Of a stretch of 64,000 bases of DNA, positions 1-9,261 are shown piece after piece. The first letter of the stretch is position 1. Each line of letters begins with the position of its first letter. Source of the DNA: an uncultured Gammaproteobacteria bacterium. GTDB lineage: Bacteria; Pseudomonadota; Gammaproteobacteria; Steroidobacterales; Steroidobacteraceae. The stretch is taken from NCBI GenBank assembly GCA_963748995.1, contig CAVVKU010000017.1, positions 11,609 through 75,608 on the forward strand, read 5' to 3'. The position numbers and the translations under genes are program-made. The notes beneath the pieces were generated by a model. It had not been told where the DNA came from, did no database searches, and saw only the letters and a list, made by a program, of their open reading frames with translations.

Positions 1-799
1 CGATGCCGAAGATCAACGATCCGGTGACGGTCGCGGCGCCGGTCGAGGCGACCGAGGGCAACGTGATGATGGTGCCGTTGTTGTCGGTGGCGAACAGCGT
101 GACCGGGTTCTGAACCTGGGCGGTTAGCGGCACGAGCGTGCCGGTGCATGCCGTGGCGGTCGTGCACCCATAGTACGCGATGGGCTCGGGAATGCTCGAC
201 GCGCAAACGCTGCCGCAGTCCTGTACGAATGGTCCAATACCGAGAATGCCGTTGGCGCCGAACTCGGCGACGGTGTTCTCGGGCGCGGGGTTGAGCGCGG
301 TCGTGCAGTCGGTCGGCGCGGTTGGATAGCGTGAATCGCCGATCAGCTGCACGGGTACGTTGTTCGCCGACTCACCCGAGATTTGCAGGTCCACCAGGGC
401 CACCGGGCCCCAGCTATAACCGTCTTCGAACAGGGTGCACTCCACCAGACCGCCTCCGCTCGCGGCCGTGGCGACGGGCAAGGTGAGCGAGAGCGCGCCG
501 GCAATAAGTCTCAGCCCGTAGGAACCGGTATCCACCTGGATATTATCGATGGTCTGACAAGTCGTGGTGTTGGGCACGCATACCGTCACGGTCGTATACA
601 GGGTGTTGATCGCGTTCACTCCGGCGGGTCCGGCGCCCACCGTCACGCTCACGACGTTGGCGCTCGGTGTGACCGTACCCGTTCCGCCCGACGTGGAACT
701 CAAGCTGGGGGAATCGCCGCCGCCACCGCCGCACGACATCAGCGCAAGACACAGAAGCAAGGCGCAGCCCCGAAACGCGGGTGCCAATAATGTGCTCAT
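1..799 (-). CDS. DUF3443-like lipoprotein with a pepsin-like DTGS motif (3' end lies beyond the window)
   Basis: Absent from the ORF track because there is no stop inside the window. My minus-strand translation from the ATG at 799 gives MSTLLAPAFRGCALLLCLALMSCGGGGGDSPS... (lipobox LMSC). It stays open to position 1 (...TCQTIDNIQVDTGSYGLRLIAG...NGILGIGPF...). The ATG overlaps the upstream stop (ATGA). Confidence 0.7.
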   Translation of the reverse strand, partial: MSTLLAPAFRGCALLLCLALMSCGGGGGDSPSLSSTSGGTGTVTPSANVVSVTVGAGPAGVNAINTLYTTVTVCVPNTTTCQTIDNIQVDTGSYGLRLIAGALSLTLPVATAASGGGLVECTLFEDGYSWGPVALVDLQISGESANNVPVQLIGDSRYPTAPTDCTTALNPAPENTVAEFGANGILGIGPFVQDCGSVCASSIPEPIAYYGCTTATACTGTLVPLTAQVQNPVTLFATDNNGTIITLPSVASTGAATVTGSLIFGI

Positions 800-1251
800 T
801 GCAGGTCCCCGACGGAGACGCCGCTGGGAAGGGCCTGCGGCAAGTAAGCGATTCCGTGATGAGCCCTCATGTGGCCGGCCGACTCGACTACCAGATCGGG
901 CTGGCGAACCAGGAGATGCTTGCGGGTGCCGTGCGCGGCGGGGGCCGCAGCCGAAAACTCGGCGAAGTAGCCGCCAAGGGATTGCTTCAGATTCGGGATG
1001 AAAGGGCCGTTCCAGGTGACCGCGAAAACTTTGCCGTCGACTGCTGCGTACTCGCGCAGCACGGTGCCGGAGGGGAGCTGCATCTCATGGACGCGATAAG
1101 AGCCGTGATCCGACTCCTTGAGGGACGCTCGATTCAGCTGGGTTTCCGCCGTCAGGGAGGTTTCCGGCTCGCCCAGGGTGGCGCAGGCAACGGCCGACCA
1201 TAGTGCGCCGATCAGTACCGTACCCGACGCGAAGCCCAGTTTTCGTAGCAT
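796..1251 (-). CDS. DUF2844-like small secreted protein
   Basis: ORF 796..1287. Likely start is M13 (MLRKLGFASGTVLIGALWSAVACA signal peptide). There is a 4-nt overlap with the downstream DUF3443-like gene. The family assignment is from memory of this pairing. Confidence 0.6.
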   Translation of the reverse strand: MLRKLGFASGTVLIGALWSAVACATLGEPETSLTAETQLNRASLKESDHGSYRVHEMQLPSGTVLREYAAVDGKVFAVTWNGPFIPNLKQSLGGYFAEFSAAAPAAHGTRKHLLVRQPDLVVESAGHMRAHHGIAYLPQALPSGVSVGDLQ

Positions 1252-1493
1252 GCTTTGTTCCATGTGAGGTCTTTGTTGTAACCCCAATTGGAACGATTAT
1301 CTGTAATTTGGTTCACGAAACGCCCTCTGTCGTTTGTTGGAGACAGCGCGGCGAGGGACCGGTTACCATGGCACGGAGAGCACTGAGACCGCCTATACAC
1401 TTCTTTACGCAGCCTTCTCGCGAACTGCGGAATGATTCGCGGCGGTCATGGTCTGTAGCTGGGCGATGCCGCAAGCGGCCTTTGGGTGACATC

Positions 1494-2840
1494 ATGAAAA
1501 CAATCGGCTCCGTAAGAATCATCGTTCGAGGTGGACTCCTGACGGCCGCCGCAGCCCTTGCGGTGGCGGCGTGCCACGTCGGCGGCGGCTACACCGTCGG
1601 CGGGACCGTCACCGGGGTGCGCGGCACGGGCCTCGTCCTGCAGAACAACTCCGGTGACAGTTTGACCGTCACCGGAAACGGATCCTTCGCGTTTTCGTCA
1701 GGCATCGATCAGGGCGGCGCGTACTCGGTCACGGTCCGCAGCCAACCGTCCAATCCCGCGCAGACCTGCGTCGTGCACAACGGCTCGGGCACGATCGGCA
1801 CCGCCGACATCAACAATGTGATCGTCAGCTGCTCGCAGGCCGGGCGATTTGCGTACGTGCCGAACGAGACATCCAACACGATCTCCGCTTTTTCCATCGA
1901 CGCCTCGACGGGCGCGCTGACGCCGGTCGCGGGCTCACCCTTCGCCTCGACCGGGACGACGCCGGTGGCGGCGGTGGTAGACCCGAACGGCGCTTATCTG
2001 TACGTCGCCAACAATGGCTCCGCCGACGTGTCGGTTTACGCCATCGACAACAGCACGGGGGCGCTCACGGCGACGGGAGGGGCGATCGGCGCCGGCAACG
2101 GACCGTTCGCCATACTGGTCGAGCCCTCTGATCAATTCCTCTACGTGGCCAACAAGACCGACAACACCGTGTCGGTATACGTGATCGAAAGCGGCGGTGG
2201 CTTGACCCAGATCACCGGCTCGCCCTTCGCGGTGGGCGACGAGCCCACCTCGCTGAAGACCGATCCCGGCGGCAACTTCCTCTACGTCACGGACTATGCC
2301 GCCGGCGCCGTCGCCGCCTTCTCCATCGAGCCCGGCGGCGGAACCTTGGCCGCCATCGGCGGCTCGCCCTTCGCGGCGGGCGCCGGCGCTCTGACACTCG
2401 CCGTCGATCCCACGGGAACCTTCGCCTACGTCGCGAATGAGACGGCGCACACCATTTCGATGTATTCCATCAACACGGGCACGGGTACCCTGGCGGCGCT
2501 GTCCGGTTCTCCGTTGTCCACCGGCACCAGCCCGGAATCCCTGGCGATCGACCCGGCGGGCCGTTTCCTTTACGCCGCCAACGTCACGGGCACGAACGAA
2601 GTTACGAGCTATTCCATCACCCCGTCGACCGGCGCGCTGACCGCGGCATCGAGCACCGGGTCGGGCACGTTTCCCCTGAACATCGTCATCGACCCTGCCG
2701 GACTGTTTGCTTACGTGGCGAACGAGAACTCCAACGACATCTCGGTCTATGCCCTCAATTCGACCACCGGTGCGTTGACGCAGGTTGCCGGCTCGCCTTT
2801 CGGTGCGGGAGTCAATCCGCGGGCCGTCGCCATCGACTGA
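1494..2840 (+). CDS. beta-propeller (lactonase/YncE-like repeat) lipoprotein
   Basis: In ORF 1203..2840. Start chosen at MKTIGSVRIIVRGGLLTAAAALAVAACHVGG (lipobox). It has repeated blades of the type FAYVPNETSNTISAFSID / YLYVANNGSADVSVYAID / FLYVANKTDNTVSVYVIE. Confidence 0.75.
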   Translation: MKTIGSVRIIVRGGLLTAAAALAVAACHVGGGYTVGGTVTGVRGTGLVLQNNSGDSLTVTGNGSFAFSSGIDQGGAYSVTVRSQPSNPAQTCVVHNGSGTIGTADINNVIVSCSQAGRFAYVPNETSNTISAFSIDASTGALTPVAGSPFASTGTTPVAAVVDPNGAYLYVANNGSADVSVYAIDNSTGALTATGGAIGAGNGPFAILVEPSDQFLYVANKTDNTVSVYVIESGGGLTQITGSPFAVGDEPTSLKTDPGGNFLYVTDYAAGAVAAFSIEPGGGTLAAIGGSPFAAGAGALTLAVDPTGTFAYVANETAHTISMYSINTGTGTLAALSGSPLSTGTSPESLAIDPAGRFLYAANVTGTNEVTSYSITPSTGALTAASSTGSGTFPLNIVIDPAGLFAYVANENSNDISVYALNSTTGALTQVAGSPFGAGVNPRAVAID

Positions 2841-2904
2841 GAGTCGCGTCACTGTACCTGCCGCATTCCGGGCGGCCGCGGGTGCTTGAGGCTAAACTTC
2901 CTGG

Positions 2905-4617
2905 GTGAGCACCCCGGTACCGGACATCGCGTCACCGCCGACCCGTTTCGGCTTGACGGCGCGGCTCGGCGTCATCGTGGCCGTGCTGGCGGCCGAAACC
3001 GTGCTCGCCAGCTACTTCATTCAAGCGAATTTTCTGAGCTCGCTCAGCGATGGTGCGGAGGTCGTCCACACCGTCCAGCATTGGCTGTTCCGGTTCATCA
3101 TCGCGTACGGCATATCGTTGGCGATGCTCGCGTATCTGCGAGCACCTGTGTACGCAGCGGCCGCGGCGGCGGCTGACCGTGCCCCCGTACGTTCGCACTG
3201 GGGGTGCGTTCACATCGCGCTCGTCGTCCCGTTCGTGTACCTCTCCTCACGAATTTATGCGGGTTCGGCGGTCGGCGGTTCGCCCGACACCGCCTTCGCG
3301 GTTTTGGCCATCGCCTGGCATGCGTGTGCGCTCGCGGCCGTGCTGGCGCTGTTTGCGGCGCTGGCGCCATTCGACGTTTGGAGGCGCGTCGTCCACCAGA
3401 CGCAGGGACTGCCCTTCTTCGCCGTGTTGCCGGCGGCCGCCGCCGTCGCCGCCATCAAGGCCAGTCAACTGCTCTGGGGACCCGCTGCAGAGATCACCTT
3501 TCGCATCGTCAGAATCTTGTTGCAGCCGCTGCTGCCGGACCTTCACAGCGATCCCGGGAGCCTGGTGCTCGGCACCCCACGGTTCGCCGTGCAGATTGCC
3601 GAGATCTGTTCCGGCCTCGAGGGCATTGGGCTGCTCCTCGCATTCTGTGCGGGATGGCTTTGGCTGTTCCGCCGCGATTATTTTTTCCCGCGGGCGCTCT
3701 TGATCGTTCCCGTGGGCGTGATCGTGATATTCCTGTTGAACGCAGTCCGCATCGCGGCGATCGTGCTGATCGGCAACGCGGGCTATGAGCGCGTGGCGCT
3801 GTTGGGCTTCCACTCCCAGGCGGGATGGATCGCCTTCAACCTCACCGCTTTCGGCATCGCGGTGCTCGCCCACAACACCCCCTGGGTGAGCCGCGTAGCG
3901 CATCGCACCCGCAGCGGGTCCTCCGCCGCCGCGGCGGCGAGCGGGGCGGCGGCGGCGGCGGGCCCGGTCCCCGCGGTCAATCCGACGGCCGCCTACCTGA
4001 TGCCGCTGCTGGCGATTCTCGCGGCCGGCATGGTCTCGCACGCCTTGTCGGCGGGATTCGAATACCTATATCCGCTGCGGTTCTTGGCGGCACTGGCCGT
4101 CCTGTGGGTTTTCCGCCAAAGCTACGGGGGCGCCAATTTGGGCTTCAGCTGGCGAGGGCCGGCGGTGGGCGCAGCCGTGTTTTGCCTCTGGCTCGGAGCC
4201 GCCGCCGTCCTCGCACAGCCGCCGGGCGCTTCGGCCGGAGCCGCCCCGGAGGCCCTGGCGATGCTGCCCGAGCCGCTGCGGATCCTGTGGATCGTGTGCC
4301 GGGTGCTCGCCGCGGTGGGCACCGTACCGCTGGCCGAGGAACTCGCTTATCGGGGTTATCTGATGCGAAGGCTGGTCAGCCGGCGGTTCGAGACGGTACC
4401 CTTCTCTGCGGCCCGGTGGCCGGCGCTCGTGGTGAGCGCGCTGGCGTTCGGCCTGATGCACGGGGCTCTATGGCTGCCGGGCATTGCTGCCGGCCTGGCC
4501 TACGGGGCGCTCGCGATGCGCACCGGCAAGCTCGGCGAGTCCATTGCGGCGCATGGCACCACCAATGCGCTGCTTGCCGCCTATGTGCTGATATTCGACC
4601 GGTGGCAACTTTGGTAA
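2905..4617 (+). CDS. exosortase fused to a CPBP (CAAX-type) intramembrane protease
   Basis: Exosortase Cys/Arg/His motifs are present: IAEICSGLEG, LNAVRIAAIVLIG, GFHSQAGW. The C-terminal part carries CPBP motifs: PLAEELAYRGYL, FGLMHG, AAHGTTNALL. The architecture resembles the exosortase E/protease fusions. The subtype is not resolved. Confidence 0.8.
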   Translation: MSTPVPDIASPPTRFGLTARLGVIVAVLAAETVLASYFIQANFLSSLSDGAEVVHTVQHWLFRFIIAYGISLAMLAYLRAPVYAAAAAAADRAPVRSHWGCVHIALVVPFVYLSSRIYAGSAVGGSPDTAFAVLAIAWHACALAAVLALFAALAPFDVWRRVVHQTQGLPFFAVLPAAAAVAAIKASQLLWGPAAEITFRIVRILLQPLLPDLHSDPGSLVLGTPRFAVQIAEICSGLEGIGLLLAFCAGWLWLFRRDYFFPRALLIVPVGVIVIFLLNAVRIAAIVLIGNAGYERVALLGFHSQAGWIAFNLTAFGIAVLAHNTPWVSRVAHRTRSGSSAAAAASGAAAAAGPVPAVNPTAAYLMPLLAILAAGMVSHALSAGFEYLYPLRFLAALAVLWVFRQSYGGANLGFSWRGPAVGAAVFCLWLGAAAVLAQPPGASAGAAPEALAMLPEPLRILWIVCRVLAAVGTVPLAEELAYRGYLMRRLVSRRFETVPFSAARWPALVVSALAFGLMHGALWLPGIAAGLAYGALAMRTGKLGESIAAHGTTNALLAAYVLIFDRWQLW

Positions 4618-4645
4618 TAAAAATTATTCGGAGAATGACACACAG

Positions 4646-5197
4646 ATGAGCATCAACAACGTGACGGCCGGCGATCGGCTGCCCGGGGAATTCAACGTGA
4701 TCATCGAGATTCCCATGAACGCTGACCCCGTGAAGTACGAAGTCGACAAGGACTCCGGCGCGCTTTTCGTGGATCGGTTCATGATGACGGCGATGCACTA
4801 TCCCGCCAACTACGGCTACGTCCCTCAGACGATCTCAGAAGACGAGGATCCGGTGGATGTGCTGGTGCACACTCCGTTTCCGTTGCTGCCCGGTGTGGTC
4901 GTGCGCTGCCGCGCGCTCGGCTTGCTGCGCATGGACGACGAATCCGGCGGCGATGCCAAGGTTCTTGCCGTGGCTACCGACGACATCTGCCCGCTGTTCA
5001 GCTACTGGAAGTCGATCGACGACGTGCCCGAAATGCGTCTCAAACAAATCCAGCATTTCTTCGAGCATTACAAGGATCTCGAACCGGGCAAGTGGGTGCG
5101 TGTGGTGGGTTGGGCCGGCGTGGACGCTGCGCACCGGGAAATCATGGACGGCGTGGCGCGTCACGCCGCGGAAAAAGCGCGCCCGACCTCGCCGTGA
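4646..5197 (+). CDS. ppa: inorganic pyrophosphatase
   Basis: FNVIIEIPMNADPVKYEVDKDSGALFVDRFMMTAMHYPANYGYVPQT...DPVDVLV is typical of a family I PPase. Confidence 0.92.
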   Translation: MSINNVTAGDRLPGEFNVIIEIPMNADPVKYEVDKDSGALFVDRFMMTAMHYPANYGYVPQTISEDEDPVDVLVHTPFPLLPGVVVRCRALGLLRMDDESGGDAKVLAVATDDICPLFSYWKSIDDVPEMRLKQIQHFFEHYKDLEPGKWVRVVGWAGVDAAHREIMDGVARHAAEKARPTSP

Positions 5198-5236
5198 CCC
5201 GACCGGTCCCCTCGGCGAGGCGGGGCGCGACCACGC

Positions 5237-5575
5237 TCAACCCTTCCCCGACGCGCTGTCGTGAATCGCCGCGAGTCTCGAGTTGTTGATTTTCATCACC
5301 GCTGCTGCGATCGCCTGCGCGCGGCATTCCTGAACGGCCCCGCTCAATATGAGACTGCCGGGATTGGCCGGGCATACTGCTTCGGCCGCGTAGACGATTT
5401 TTCGGTACACGACATGCGCACCGGTATCCGTCAGCAGACTGGCCGAGTCGTATTTCACGGTCTGGTTGGGGACCTCCTCGTCCTGTGTGGCGGCGCCGGC
5501 GGCGGCCATGCCCGCCGCGCTGACGATGCCGCAGAGAATCATCGCGAGGGTAACCTTGGGGGCTTGGGGGTTCAT
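5237..5575 (-). CDS. UrcA-family small periplasmic protein
   Basis: Signal peptide, then VKYDSASLLTDTGAHVVYRKIVYAAEAVCP...QECRAQAIAAAV. This is the two-Cys UrcA-like pattern. Confidence 0.55.
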   Translation of the reverse strand: MNPQAPKVTLAMILCGIVSAAGMAAAGAATQDEEVPNQTVKYDSASLLTDTGAHVVYRKIVYAAEAVCPANPGSLILSGAVQECRAQAIAAAVMKINNSRLAAIHDSASGKG

Positions 5576-5738
5576 AACGTAATCTCCTGAGTGTGGTTGC
5601 CGACAGCGCTATGAAACGCCTGGTGGGGGTCCGTAGTCTGCGGGCCGCCCTCGAAGTCGTCCCTCGCAACCACGGATTCGTCCCCTGCCGGGCCCCGCCT
5701 CTCCTCGCAGACCCCGGGTTTGCGCTAGGCTGGCGCCC

Positions 5739-6926
5739 ATGAACGGAGATCCCGAGACCGACGGGGAACGCTTTTCCGCGGAGCGCTACGCTTCCGGCCT
5801 CAGCCGGTGCCAGTTCTTCACGCTGGTGTTCGTGTTCTGGGCGTACGTCACGCTCTCGAACGTGCTCTACGCCTATGGCATGCGGACGGGCATTGCGAAG
5901 GTCACGGACCTGGCATTGTTCGCGCCTTGGGATGCGCGTGTGCTGCAGCATTTGCTGCTGTTGCCGCTCGTGATCATCTCCTACCAGGCCTCCCTCAAGA
6001 TCCAGTGGCGTCCGGTGCTGATCGCCGTACCTCTGCAGGCGGTCCTCGGCTTCGTCTTCGCCGCACTCGCCTACCCGGCGATGATCGTGGCCGAGTACAT
6101 CGTCGGCGACTCGCCATTCCATCAGCAGGCGGGCGGCCACGGTCCCTTCAGCGATCCCATGATGCTGTCGCTGTGGCTCGCGAGCTTCGTGAGTTTCATT
6201 CCGACGTATGGATTCGGCCTCGCGCTGGTGACGGGCTCGTCGCTGTATACGCGGTTCCGCAATCTGGAATTGCAGCGCAGCGCGCTCGAACGCGAATGGA
6301 GCGCGGCGCGCCTGGCGGCCCTGCGCATGCAACTCTCCCCGCATACGCTGTTCAACCTGTTGCACACGATCCGCGGGCTCATCGAATGGGACCCCAAATC
6401 CGCCCAGGCCATGGTCGTGCAGCTGGCGGATTTGTTGCGCCGATTGCTGAACGCCGGCGAGCGCGACTTCTCCCGGCTCGCCGATGAGCTGCAGTTCGTG
6501 CGCCTGTACCTGGAGCTGCAGCAGAAGCGCTTCGCCGACCGCCTGACGATCAAGCTGCCGCCCGCGGAGGATATCGTCGATGCCTGGGTGCCGAGCCTGA
6601 TCCTGCAGCCGCTGGTGGAGAACGCGGTGGTTCACGGCCTCGCCGGGCATCAGGGCCCGGTCGAGGTGCGGATCGCGGTGATCAGGACCGACGAGTCCCT
6701 GATCCTCAAGCTGAGCAACACCATCGCCGCCGGCAAACAGGCCGGCACCGAGAGCATCGGTCTCAATAACGTGCGCGAGCGGCTGGCCGTTCAGTTCGAG
6801 GGCCGCGCCCGGCTCGTCGCGGGACCCTCCGGCAGGGAATGGGTCAGCGAGATCACGATGCCCTGGATGCGCGCCGCGCCCGATCGCCGCAGCGCGGCCC
6901 GTCTCGCGTCGCGGGAAGCCGCGTAG
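5739..6926 (+). CDS. LytS/YehU-type sensor histidine kinase
   Basis: N-terminal TM segments, a His_kinase (PF06580-like) box LRMQLSPHTLFNLLHTI, and an ATPase part LILQPLVENAVVHG...GLNNVRERL. Confidence 0.85.
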   Translation: MNGDPETDGERFSAERYASGLSRCQFFTLVFVFWAYVTLSNVLYAYGMRTGIAKVTDLALFAPWDARVLQHLLLLPLVIISYQASLKIQWRPVLIAVPLQAVLGFVFAALAYPAMIVAEYIVGDSPFHQQAGGHGPFSDPMMLSLWLASFVSFIPTYGFGLALVTGSSLYTRFRNLELQRSALEREWSAARLAALRMQLSPHTLFNLLHTIRGLIEWDPKSAQAMVVQLADLLRRLLNAGERDFSRLADELQFVRLYLELQQKRFADRLTIKLPPAEDIVDAWVPSLILQPLVENAVVHGLAGHQGPVEVRIAVIRTDESLILKLSNTIAAGKQAGTESIGLNNVRERLAVQFEGRARLVAGPSGREWVSEITMPWMRAAPDRRSAARLASREAA

Positions 6927-7709
6927 TGAACGTCATCATCGTCGATGACGAACCGGCCGCACGCCGGGTGCTGCGCGAATTTTGCGAGGCGGAGGCGGAC
7001 CTCGAGGTGGTCGGCGAGTACGCCGACGGCGAGACCGCTCTCGCGGGAATCCGCGCCAAGCGGCCGCATCTCCTGTTTCTCGACATTCAAATGGATCCAT
7101 TGAACGGCATCGACCTCGCGCGCGCCCTCGAGCCCGAGCATATGCCCTCGCTCGTGTTCGTGACCGCCTACGACACTTATGCGCTCGAGGCCTTCGAGGT
7201 GTGCGCGGTGGATTATCTGTTGAAGCCGTTCGACCAGGAGCGCTTCCGCAAGACGCTCGCGCGAATACGGCCGAAGCATCTCGAAGAGCGATGTGGAAGA
7301 GCGTCAGGCAGTCCTCGCCGGGCTGCTCGCGCAACTCGAGCGCGGAACTCGCGCGGTGCCCGAGGATCGGCCGCGCCTGCTGGCGGAATTCAATGGCAAG
7401 CTGCACGTCATCGATGTGCCCCAGGTCGAGATGATCGAAGCCGACCGCAATTACGTCAGCATCCGCGTGGGCAGGGACAACTTCCACGCGCGCAGCACGC
7501 TGACCCAGGCCGAGCAGGCGCTCAAGTCGCAGCCGATGCTGCGGATCAGCCGCTCGTGCCTCGTCAACATGAACTACGTGCGCGAGGTGAACCGTACACT
7601 GCGCGGCGACTTCATCCTGGTGCTCGCCGGGGGCGCCACGGTAACCAGCAGCGAGGGATTCCGCGCCAAGGTCAAGGATTACCTGGCGACATTGCGCATC
7701 ACGCCGTAG
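6926..7709 (+). pseudogene. LytR/AlgR-family (receiver + LytTR) response regulator, interrupted by a 13-bp insertion
   Basis: The receiver domain (VNVIIVDDEPAARRVL...FLDIQMDPLNG...VDYLLKPF) is in the frame of ORF 6839..7780. The LytTR domain (ORF 7293..7709, ...RNYVSIRVGRDNFHARSTL...RISRSCLVNMNYV) is in another frame. Removing 13 nt at 7291-7303 joins them as ...RPKHLEERQAVLAGLL (771 nt, 256 aa). Confidence 0.8.
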
Positions 7710-7721
7710 GGGCGCCCGCGC

Positions 7722-9230
7722 CTAGAGCAGCTTCTCCGGCGCGAACGGGGCGAGCAGCTCCAAGGAAATGCGTTGCATAGGCGTCGTTTCCGGGTCGGTA
7801 TGCCAGGTGCGCACGGCATCGCCTTCGCCGAAGGACCACACGATGTGCCCGCTGCCATCGAGCGACAGCCTGTAGCTGCCTTCCTCGGTGAGGTCATCCA
7901 TCAGGGCGGTCACCTGCTTCGCGATCTCGGGGCTGCGCATCACCAGCCCGAGCTCGCTGTTGAAGCGCGCCGACCGTCCGTCCATGTTCAAGGATCCGAT
8001 GAACACGGTTCGCTGATCGATGACCAGCGCCTTCGCGTGCAGACTCGCGTTCGAGCTTTTGAACGGATGGAATCTCAGCCGCTTCTGGCCGAGCTTCGGC
8101 CGCACTTCGTAGAGCTCCACCCCCATCTTGAGGAGCGCGATCCGGTAGCGCGAATAGCCGATGTGGACGAGCGGCGAATCGGTGGAGGCGAGCGAGTTGG
8201 TGAGAATGCGGATATGCACCCCGCGGCCGATCAGGCCGCGCATCAGTTCGACGCCCTCCTCGCCGGGGACGAAATACGGCGAGATCACCAGCACCTCGTG
8301 CTGCGCCGAGCGCATGAGCTCGGATATGTTGTTGGCGATCGTGACCTCTTCGTCGGGCGAGGTATCGCTCGCGATCTTGGCCGGCCGGTCCGCGAGCACC
8401 GTCGCGGGCACCCAGTCCAGTTGAAGCGTCCCGGCGTCGAGCTCCCGCCCGAGCCAATTGGCATCGTCGTTCGACGCGGCGGGAGGCGGCGGCTGGGCGG
8501 CATTGTCGACGCCGTCCGCCGAAGCCAGCGACGCGATCGGGTAGGCATACTTGCTGTTCCAGAATGCGTCGAACGACGCCGACAACTGCGCCACGAGGGG
8601 CCCGGCGACCACCACATCGAGATCGATGAAATTGCTGCGCTTGTCGAGGGTGAAGTATTCGTCACCGATGTTTCGTCCGCCGGTGATGGCCAACTCGTTG
8701 TCGGCGACGAACAGCTTGTTGTGCATGCGGTGGTTGATTCTGGGAATGTCCGAGATCGAAGTGAGGATGCGGCTCCAGGTCGCAGACCGGCCGCCGGGAA
8801 AGGGATTGAAGACACGCACCTCGATGTTGGCGTGATGGCCCAGATGCAGGAATCGCCGGTCCTCCCCCGCCGTATTGAGATCGTCCACCAGGACCCGCAC
8901 CCGCACGCCGCGATCCGCGGCCTCGCGCACGTGTTCGAGGAGGATGCGGGCGGACTCGTCCTGATGAATGATGTAGTACTGGATATCGAGGGTGCGCTGG
9001 GCGTGGTCGGCCAGCGCGATCAGGCTGTCGAGCGCCTCCTCGCCCGATGCCAGCAATCGGATGCCCGAGAGGTTTTTGCTGGTGCCGTCCTCGCTCCGCT
9101 GCACGACCCGGGCGAGCTCGGTGTTCTGCGGCGTCTGCAGCGCGACGCTCGGATACTTCTTGACGTGCTGCGGCAGCCCCGCGCAACCCGCGAGGATCAG
9201 GATCGCTCCCGCCAGCCAGGTTTTGCGCAT
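7722..9230 (-). CDS. phospholipase D / cardiolipin-synthase-family lipoprotein
   Basis: Lipobox AILILAGCAG. Two HKD motifs: HRMHNKLFVADN and SLHAKALVIDQ. Confidence 0.85.
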   Translation of the reverse strand: MRKTWLAGAILILAGCAGLPQHVKKYPSVALQTPQNTELARVVQRSEDGTSKNLSGIRLLASGEEALDSLIALADHAQRTLDIQYYIIHQDESARILLEHVREAADRGVRVRVLVDDLNTAGEDRRFLHLGHHANIEVRVFNPFPGGRSATWSRILTSISDIPRINHRMHNKLFVADNELAITGGRNIGDEYFTLDKRSNFIDLDVVVAGPLVAQLSASFDAFWNSKYAYPIASLASADGVDNAAQPPPPAASNDDANWLGRELDAGTLQLDWVPATVLADRPAKIASDTSPDEEVTIANNISELMRSAQHEVLVISPYFVPGEEGVELMRGLIGRGVHIRILTNSLASTDSPLVHIGYSRYRIALLKMGVELYEVRPKLGQKRLRFHPFKSSNASLHAKALVIDQRTVFIGSLNMDGRSARFNSELGLVMRSPEIAKQVTALMDDLTEEGSYRLSLDGSGHIVWSFGEGDAVRTWHTDPETTPMQRISLELLAPFAPEKLL

Positions 9231-9261
9231 GAATCGATGATATCAGGCAGACTTCTCACCC

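Noticed and set aside
5142-6650. Very long ORFs antisense to, or out of frame with, recognised genes. Examples: 5142..6650(-), 7773..9680(+), 17875..19266(+), 35300..37036(+), 43608..44984(+), 53655..54896(+), 57383..58579(+), 60288..61835(-), 61781..63190(-).
   Set aside because: Their products are Arg/Gly/Pro/Ala-rich and low-complexity with no motifs. Each one overlaps a gene with clear family signatures. This is a typical stop-codon-poor artefact of high-GC DNA.
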